From contig JANOSY010000047.1 in assembly GCA_031416075.1 (NCBI GenBank), positions 1 to 64,000 on the forward strand: DNA of 64,000 nt, given 5' to 3'. The position numbers and the translations under genes were made by a program. This DNA comes from Candidatus Tenderia sp. (GTDB lineage: Bacteria > Pseudomonadota > Gammaproteobacteria > Tenderiales > Tenderiaceae). This document shows, in pieces, positions 57,694 through 64,000 of the stretch; the stretch's first letter is position 1; every line of letters begins with the position of its first letter. The notes beneath the pieces were generated by a model. It had not been told where the DNA came from. It did no database searches and saw nothing but the letters and a program-made list of their open reading frames with translations.

Positions 57694-58236
57694 TTATGCC
57701 TTGGCTACCCTCTTCACCCGCCCCTGCTCCGTCAGCACATCAGTAAACCCAAACTCACTCATGTCACGAACACGTTGTGGATAGAGCACGCCATCAAGAT
57801 GGTCACACTCATGCTGAACCACGCGGGCATGAATACCACTCACTTCACGCTCGAACAGATTGCCCGCCGCATCAAAACCACGATAGCGAATATGCTGGTG
57901 GCGCGGTACCTGCCCACGCATACCGGGCACACTCAGACACCCCTCCCATCCCAGCTGCTCTTCGCTGGAGAGGATCTCAATCTCCGGGTTAATTAATATG
58001 GTGCTGGGTACTCGCTCCGCATCAGGGTAACGGGGGTTATTATCAATGCTGAAAATAACGACGCGGAAAGCCTCGGCAATCTGTGGCGCAGCCAACCCAG
58101 CGCCATTCAACTCGGCCATGGTGTCAAACATATCCTGTATCAAAACATCCAGTGCCGCCGTATTAAACTCCACTATCGGCAACGCACGTTGCAACAATAA
58201 CGGATGGCCCATACGTAATACCTGTCGAACTGCCAT
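57694..58236 (-). CDS. def: Peptide deformylase
   Basis: GAGLAAPQ, EGCLS, QHECDHLDG; not linked to fmt, so probably a second paralog. Confidence 0.95.
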   Translation of the reverse strand: MAVRQVLRMGHPLLLQRALPIVEFNTAALDVLIQDMFDTMAELNGAGLAAPQIAEAFRVVIFSIDNNPRYPDAERVPSTILINPEIEILSSEEQLGWEGCLSVPGMRGQVPRHQHIRYRGFDAAGNLFEREVSGIHARVVQHECDHLDGVLYPQRVRDMSEFGFTDVLTEQGRVKRVAKA

Positions 58237-58296
58237 GTTTACTCCTGTCATTCATTGCGCATCACACATCAACGCCAGTATCTCTGGCACGTACCA

Positions 58297-59685
58297 TTAA
58301 TCTGTTCTGGATGGCGGGGAAAACTCAGCAATTGGCTCCTCTTCCTCCACGCCATCTATCTCCAGCAACTCAGCACCACTGCCTTGCAGCAGTGGTTCGG
58401 GCATCTTCTTTTTTGCCTTGGCACCTAATTTCTGCAACTGCTGAGTACGGCTAACCAGATTGCCACGTCCATCCATCAACCGGCTTTTAGCGGTCTGAAA
58501 TGAGGCCTGGGCCTTGCCCAGCTTATCCTCAACATCCAGTAGCGACTCACCAAAACGGACAAACTGGTCGTATAGACCACCGGCCTTTTCAGCAATCTCC
58601 AGCGCATTTTTATTCTGATATTCGTAGCGCCATATGTTGTGTACAGTACGCAGCGTTGCCAGCAACGTGGTTGGGCTAACCACAATAATATTTTTGTCAA
58701 AGGCTTCACGGAAGAGTAGTTGATCATTTTCCAGCGCGGTAATAAACGCAGCCTCAATCGGTACAAACAGCAGCACAAAATCGAGAGAGTTTATACCGGG
58801 CAGATCTTCATAACTCTTAACACTCAATCCCTTAATATGGCTACGTAACGAAGCAACATGTTCACGCAATGCCAATTGTCGCTCTACCTCATCAGTACTG
58901 GAGCAGTAGCGTTCATACCCCGTCAGCGACACCTTGGAGTCGATGATAATATCCTTACCCTCTGGCAGATGTACCACCACGTCCGGACGCAGCCGTTTAC
59001 CATCATCGGTAGTGAAGCTGCCCTGGGTATCGTACTCCCGTCCCTTGTGCAGGCCGGACTCTTCCAACACCCGTTCCAGAATCACCTCACCCCACGACCC
59101 CTGAGTTTTGCTCTGCCCTTTGAGTGCATTGGTAAGATTAATGGCATCACTACTGATCTGCTGGTTCAGATGTTTAAGTGCGCTGATTTCATGGAACAGC
59201 GACATACGGTCCTTGGACTCTTTTTCATACACATCTTCAACCTTGCGGCGAAAATCCCCCAGCTGTTCACGCAGTGGGTTAAGCACCTGATCAAGATTCG
59301 CTCTGTTTTGATCGGTAAATTTTTTACTCTTTTCTTCAAGAATCTTGTTGGCCAGATTTTGAAACTCCGTGGTTAACTGCGCCCTGGCCTCACTCAATAC
59401 CGCCAGCTTCTCACCGGACTGTTTGCGCTCCTCTTCAAGCTGGGTCTCCAACCGGGCAAGATTGGCGCTCTGTTCGCTGCCGTGCAGCTGCAGTGACGCC
59501 AACGTCGATTTCAACTGCCCCATCTCTTCCGTTTGACGGGCCAGCTGTTCATCACGGGCCTGCAACTGCGCCGCAAGTGTCGCCTGACGGGTCTCGCTAC
59601 GCCCCCTTAACCAGAACGCCACTACTGCGGCAGCAAACATCACGCCCAACAACAATAGATATAACACCGGATATAACAGACTCAT
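58297..59685 (-). CDS. rmuC: DNA recombination protein RmuC
   Basis: N-terminal TM, coiled coil, QGSWGE..LE, RPDVVVHLP, IDSKVSL, LFVPIE, SPTTL. Confidence 0.95.
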   Translation of the reverse strand: MSLLYPVLYLLLLGVMFAAAVVAFWLRGRSETRQATLAAQLQARDEQLARQTEEMGQLKSTLASLQLHGSEQSANLARLETQLEEERKQSGEKLAVLSEARAQLTTEFQNLANKILEEKSKKFTDQNRANLDQVLNPLREQLGDFRRKVEDVYEKESKDRMSLFHEISALKHLNQQISSDAINLTNALKGQSKTQGSWGEVILERVLEESGLHKGREYDTQGSFTTDDGKRLRPDVVVHLPEGKDIIIDSKVSLTGYERYCSSTDEVERQLALREHVASLRSHIKGLSVKSYEDLPGINSLDFVLLFVPIEAAFITALENDQLLFREAFDKNIIVVSPTTLLATLRTVHNIWRYEYQNKNALEIAEKAGGLYDQFVRFGESLLDVEDKLGKAQASFQTAKSRLMDGRGNLVSRTQQLQKLGAKAKKKMPEPLLQGSGAELLEIDGVEEEEPIAEFSPPSRTD

Positions 59686-59791
59686 CACACTCACTCTACA
59701 AAGCATCAACCCATCCACTGTGACAGGTTGTTATAGTGGCAGCAGTTTACTACATTAGGCCAAACCATAATGACTAAGGAGGCGATAACCC

Positions 59792-60925
59792 ATGGACACC
59801 CTAAGCCACGAATTCCCACACCTTAAAGAACTGATACACCTGAACCACGCGGCTGTTGCGCCGTGGCCACGCCGTACCTGTGAGGCCGCAGCCCGGTTTG
59901 CCGACGAGAACATGCGGATCGGCTCCAGACACTACCCTAAATGGCTGCTAATAGAACAGCGCCTGAAGCACAATCTGGCACGGCTGATCAACGCCCCGTC
60001 GGCGGATGATATTGCATTGGTGAAAAACACCTCTGAGGCGCTCTCATTGGTCGCCTATGGCCTAGAATGGAGTGCGGGAGATAACGTTGTCAGCAGCAAT
60101 CAGGAGTTCCCCTCCAACCGCATCGTCTGGGAATCACTCAACCAATATGGCGTTCAATTCCGTGAAGCGGACATCAGTGCCGGACTCACTCCGGAAGATG
60201 CACTGTTTGCACTGGTTGATAAACAGACCCGTCTCATCACCATTAGCTCCATTCAATATGCCAGCGGCCTACGCATGAATCTCGAACGCATCGGTGAATT
60301 TTGCCGCCAACGCGGCATACTCTTTTGTGTGGACGCCATTCAAAGCATTGGCGCACTAGAGTTTGACGTACAAAAGATAGATGCCGATTTTGTCATGGCC
60401 GATGGCCATAAATGGCTCTTGGGGCCAGAGGGACTGGGACTTTTCTATTGTCGTCCCGAGATACGTGAGCAGTTACAGCTCAAACAGTATGGCTGGCATA
60501 TGGTCGACCCTTTAGGTGATTACACCACCCGTGAGTGGCGCGTAGCAACAACAGCACGCCGTTTTGAGTGTGGTAGCCCCAACATGCTGGCCATTCATGC
60601 ACTGGAGGCCAGCACTGCGCTGTTATTAGAGTATGGAATGGAACATGTAGAGGCACAGCTGCTTAATAATAGCCGCCACCTGTTTAACCAGTTAAAAAAA
60701 ATAGATCAGGTAACAGTGCTAAACAATCAAGATGAGGGGCGCTACGGCGGCATCGTCACCTTCAAACCACTGCATGCCAATATCGACACCCTGTTCAAAC
60801 AACTCACCCAGAACAACATCTTCTGTGCCCAGCGTGGCGGTGGTATCCGTTTTTCGCCACACTTTTACACATTACCTGAGCAGTTGGATGAGGCTGTAGA
60901 TCAGGTGCGTCAATGTTTACGCTAA
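59792..60925 (+). CDS. Aminotransferase class V PLP-dependent enzyme
   Basis: LNHAA, NTSEA, EFPSN, VDAIQ, DGHKWLLGPEG, RFECGS, IRFSPHFY; no obvious desulfurase catalytic-Cys loop. Confidence 0.9.
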   Translation: MDTLSHEFPHLKELIHLNHAAVAPWPRRTCEAAARFADENMRIGSRHYPKWLLIEQRLKHNLARLINAPSADDIALVKNTSEALSLVAYGLEWSAGDNVVSSNQEFPSNRIVWESLNQYGVQFREADISAGLTPEDALFALVDKQTRLITISSIQYASGLRMNLERIGEFCRQRGILFCVDAIQSIGALEFDVQKIDADFVMADGHKWLLGPEGLGLFYCRPEIREQLQLKQYGWHMVDPLGDYTTREWRVATTARRFECGSPNMLAIHALEASTALLLEYGMEHVEAQLLNNSRHLFNQLKKIDQVTVLNNQDEGRYGGIVTFKPLHANIDTLFKQLTQNNIFCAQRGGGIRFSPHFYTLPEQLDEAVDQVRQCLR

Positions 60926-60946
60926 ACCAACTCCAGCGGATAGATG

Positions 60947-62848
60947 TTAACCCTCCCCAAAGTCTGGAAACGGATCAGGCTGCTGGAACCCCATAATAAC
61001 GGCGGTACGAATCTGATTAATCGCAGTGACATTAATCGATGGGTCAAGCCCTTGAAAACCACCAACACGGCTAATCGCCTCCAGTGCCAACTCAGTTGTT
61101 GTCATTTGACAAAGACGATCCCGCTCATTGGGATCCACCTCTTTTTTAAAACGATTAATAGCAGTCATAGCACGGTTAAAAACCTTGGTGGTTGACTCCA
61201 TTAAGGCAAGATCAAACTCTGTTACAACAGGTGAATCACCTATGGCTGATGCAGGCAGTTCAAATCCCTGCTTTATTGCCTTAACAACCATCACCTGTAA
61301 CTGCGGTTGTAAAGCACTGGCACCGGATGCAATATCACGCATCATGCCGTGCAGGTTTGCCGAGGTATTCCACAACTCACGCAACCCTTCACTGGCCGGT
61401 TTTACTTTGCGTATCAGATCCGCACGACGGCCACCCTGCACCTGCTGCTGCGCCACTGGTTGAAAGGTCTGTCCTGGATATATAGAGTTTCCTATCACGC
61501 GCCGCGCAACCTCTTCATAATGTGCCGCATTTCTAATTTTTTGGCGCGGTGACATTTGCGTAAAACGGGCAGTACCATAATAACCAGAATCGATGATGGT
61601 GCCGTTTATCTCATGACACCCCTCATGAAGCAATAATACCGCCAATGTGTTGTTATCTTTTACCAGCATCGCTGGTGAGACCTGAATTTTTCCTGACCCT
61701 GGTGAGGTATATCCACCCACACCCATTTCAGCATCATCGCCATGATAATCTATGGTGAAATTATTTTGATTAAAGCCGCCCAGCCGTTGTGCGACTTGCA
61801 GATAGGTCGCACTGATTTTCAACACCTCAGCATTAGGACCAAACACTGCCTCAATATCATCATCCCTATTCGCACATTGAGTCGCCAGCCGGATAGCCCG
61901 GGGCAACACCGGCTGCAACGTCTGCCAGTTGTTATCACGAATACTCTGGCTGGCTGGCAAGACCTCACTATACTGTTGATTTATGGCATACAACGCGGCA
62001 TAAGCATCGGCATTAAATTTTCCGTTGGGAAAAACATCATTCACCGCATCATTCGCATCTGCATAAGGGGTATTATCCAGCACCCGCAACAATCTATTTT
62101 GACTCACCTCCATATGCATTAATCGATAGAGCATCGCATAGGCAGAGTCTTGGCCCCCACCTAACATCAACTCTGTTTCAACAGCACTACCCGGCGGCAA
62201 TCGGCGCTGCACAATATCAGTAGTAGAAGAAGCAGTTCCCGCCCTACCATTCTCAGAGCTTTGATTAAGCTGCATAGCATTGGCCTTAGCCCCCATCACA
62301 TCGGCTTCATGCTCCAGACTCTGATCATCGTTTATCTGCACACCCACCCGTTGCACCGTTGGTTTTACACGCCCCTGCTTTTTCTGCGCGACATGCCACG
62401 CCTCATGTGGCAGATGTTTTTCCTGTCCCGGCCCTACATGAATCTGATTACCTGGGGCAAATGCCAAGGCATTTAACTGTGCCGGTTGAGTGGAGTTATA
62501 GTGCACCTGAACACCCTCCATCGACACCCCTGATAACTGCTCCGCACCCTGTTTGAGAATGTCTGGCAAGCCGGTATTATTTTCTTGTTTACTCTCACCC
62601 TGCGGCATAGCACTCCTCTGCGCTACGCTATAGGCACTGTTCTCCATTGAGTGTGCCAACACTCCCAATTTGGTGGAGTGTTCACTACGGTCAGCCATCT
62701 GCTGAATTTTACGTTGCAAAGTAGACCCTGCACCGCCACTTACAGATAAAACAGACCCCGCAACAGGTCGAGAACGATGTGACGATAGCCTTTGTTGGGC
62801 CACAGAACGGTTGAACACCTCTCTTTTTTTATCAGCCTGTTTATTCAT
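60947..62848 (-). CDS. DUF4157 (eCIS core domain) protein with C-terminal zinc-metallopeptidase-like domain
   Basis: TGLPD.LK.G.E.LSG.SM..V.VHYNS..PAQLNA.A, GQEKHLPHEAWHV, LEHEADVMG; second motif HEGCH..DSGY..NAAHY. Confidence 0.85.
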   Translation of the reverse strand: MNKQADKKREVFNRSVAQQRLSSHRSRPVAGSVLSVSGGAGSTLQRKIQQMADRSEHSTKLGVLAHSMENSAYSVAQRSAMPQGESKQENNTGLPDILKQGAEQLSGVSMEGVQVHYNSTQPAQLNALAFAPGNQIHVGPGQEKHLPHEAWHVAQKKQGRVKPTVQRVGVQINDDQSLEHEADVMGAKANAMQLNQSSENGRAGTASSTTDIVQRRLPPGSAVETELMLGGGQDSAYAMLYRLMHMEVSQNRLLRVLDNTPYADANDAVNDVFPNGKFNADAYAALYAINQQYSEVLPASQSIRDNNWQTLQPVLPRAIRLATQCANRDDDIEAVFGPNAEVLKISATYLQVAQRLGGFNQNNFTIDYHGDDAEMGVGGYTSPGSGKIQVSPAMLVKDNNTLAVLLLHEGCHEINGTIIDSGYYGTARFTQMSPRQKIRNAAHYEEVARRVIGNSIYPGQTFQPVAQQQVQGGRRADLIRKVKPASEGLRELWNTSANLHGMMRDIASGASALQPQLQVMVVKAIKQGFELPASAIGDSPVVTEFDLALMESTTKVFNRAMTAINRFKKEVDPNERDRLCQMTTTELALEAISRVGGFQGLDPSINVTAINQIRTAVIMGFQQPDPFPDFGEG

Positions 62849-62875
62849 AAAACAATACCCTTCACCTACTAATAT

Positions 62876-63643
62876 TTACTTAATAACAAACTCCACAACG
62901 GCATTGGCTGAATAGTTAATGGCCCCAAAATCAGCGCTCACGTCTGATTCAACAGAGGGCTCCTGCATCGCCATGCTGACAACACCGTCACTACGCTGCT
63001 TCAAAGCACGTGTTTGTGGGCGTATACGTTGAGGTGACTCGATATAGACATTTTGGTCAATGATACGAACAGGCGTGAGCACAACACCCAGGCTCTGTTC
63101 ATAGATTTTCTGCTTCTCCTGAACCGCACTTAGCGCCTTTTTTAGCACCTTGCGTTCGTTACCCTCTTTTTGCGAATCTTTAAACTCAGTGCCACCCAGC
63201 AGCACATCTTTTTGGCCATCGACTATTTTAGCGATAACACGTAGCTGTTCCTCGCTATTGATAGTGACCTTAACCTCATTGCTGATCTCGTAACTGGAGG
63301 GCTTCTCACCAAACCAGCCGTAATTGGGGCTGGATGAAAACTTGGACGCTTTGATTTTATCTGCGGCCACACCGGCTTGCTGCAAGTTATCCTTAATTAC
63401 TTGACGTACCTTTTCATTCTGTTGCAAGGCATCATTGAGTTTTGACTCTTTTGTGCGCACCGTGATGGCCACGATAGCAGTATCTGCCTCAATCAGCTCA
63501 CTGGCATTACCATTGATAGTGATAATCTTTCGTTGGTCCAGAAGATAATAACTCAGTTCATCTGGGCTGCCTTTCAATTCCGGTGCAGCATGTACAATAC
63601 TACCGAAGGTAGCGACAATGAGTGTTGTAATAATTTTATTCAT
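62876..63643 (-). CDS. SIMPL (DUF541) domain exported protein
   Basis: Signal peptide; ITINGNA..ADTAIVAITV, YEISNEVKV; C-terminal V.VEF pattern. Confidence 0.82.
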   Translation of the reverse strand: MNKIITTLIVATFGSIVHAAPELKGSPDELSYYLLDQRKIITINGNASELIEADTAIVAITVRTKESKLNDALQQNEKVRQVIKDNLQQAGVAADKIKASKFSSSPNYGWFGEKPSSYEISNEVKVTINSEEQLRVIAKIVDGQKDVLLGGTEFKDSQKEGNERKVLKKALSAVQEKQKIYEQSLGVVLTPVRIIDQNVYIESPQRIRPQTRALKQRSDGVVSMAMQEPSVESDVSADFGAINYSANAVVEFVIK

Positions 63644-63715
63644 GGGTAGCCCCTCGACTGATGGTGGGACTAGTCTAACGCGGTTTTAGCGATCATAGAA
63701 GTGTTGCTAGTATCC

Positions 63716-63749
63716 TATTCCCCGCTCTCGTTACCAAGAGCGAGGAATA
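63716..63749 (-). repeat. Hairpin between the ABC ATPase gene and SIMPL gene
   Basis: Minus strand TATTCCTCGCTCT..AGAGCGGGGAATA, 13-bp stem with one G-U; no U tail. Confidence 0.5.
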
Positions 63750-63822
63750 TTCCTTGGATATACTCTTAACTTCCCTATTGACATGTCCGTATGACCCACC
63801 TTCCCTATAAAAAAATGCCTAC

Positions 63823-64000
63823 CTATGCCACCTTTTCATCTGGCTTGTGCTGACGTTCATAAAGGAACTTAAGCACCTCTGAACGGAGATGGTTATACGC
63901 CGGATCATCGGCCAACTCGACACGGTTACGGGGGCGCTCCAACGTCACATACAGGATCTCACCAACCGTAGCCGCCGGACCGTTAGTCATCATGACAATT
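63823..64000 (-). CDS. Nitrate/cyanate/bicarbonate ABC transporter ATP-binding subunit (NrtD/NasD/CynD-like), C-terminal fragment
   Basis: Manual translation: IVMMTNGPAATVGEILYVTLERPRNRVELADDPAYNHLRSEVLKFLYERQHKPDEKVA*; MMTNGP motif is typical of this family. Confidence 0.88.
   Translation of the reverse strand, partial: IVMMTNGPAATVGEILYVTLERPRNRVELADDPAYNHLRSEVLKFLYERQHKPDEKVA

Overview
Chromosomal window from a gammaproteobacterium (roughly 50% GC by spot counts), mostly housekeeping genes with several accessory modules. Left to right: the left end of a probable IS1380-family element (<1-138); purA-hisZ-yjeT-hflC-hflK-hflX-hfq-miaA; an ~11.5 kb block (infA, clpA, clpS, cspD, icd, rluE, nudJ, mnmA, hflD, purB, Fur-boxed cupredoxin + FTR1 iron permease, hypothetical) that separates miaA from mutL-amiB-tsaE; a type IVa minor pilin operon (fimT/U-pilV-pilW-pilX-small ORF-pilY1-pilE); ygfX-sdhE-sdhBADC and ygfZ; two tandem HDOD proteins; a complete c-di-GMP-controlled Lap adhesin system (lapG, lapD, TolC-OmpA fusion, lapC, lapB, retention-module RTX adhesin with a GC-rich internal duplication, small Lap-linked ORF); a glutaredoxin-like gene; a translationally coupled DUF2760 (GrpE-like)-Hsp70-Hsp70/DUF3731 operon; def, rmuC, a class V PLP enzyme; an orphan DUF4157 (eCIS-effector-type) protein with a C-terminal aspzincin-like protease; a SIMPL protein; and the 3' end of a nitrate/cyanate ABC ATPase. 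Best candidates for under-described biology: the two-Hsp70 operon, the DUF4157-protease, a candidate structured sRNA upstream of the iron operon, and the Lap system peculiarities. No rRNA, tRNA or CRISPR array was seen. All family assignments come from motif recognition by eye; no searches were run.
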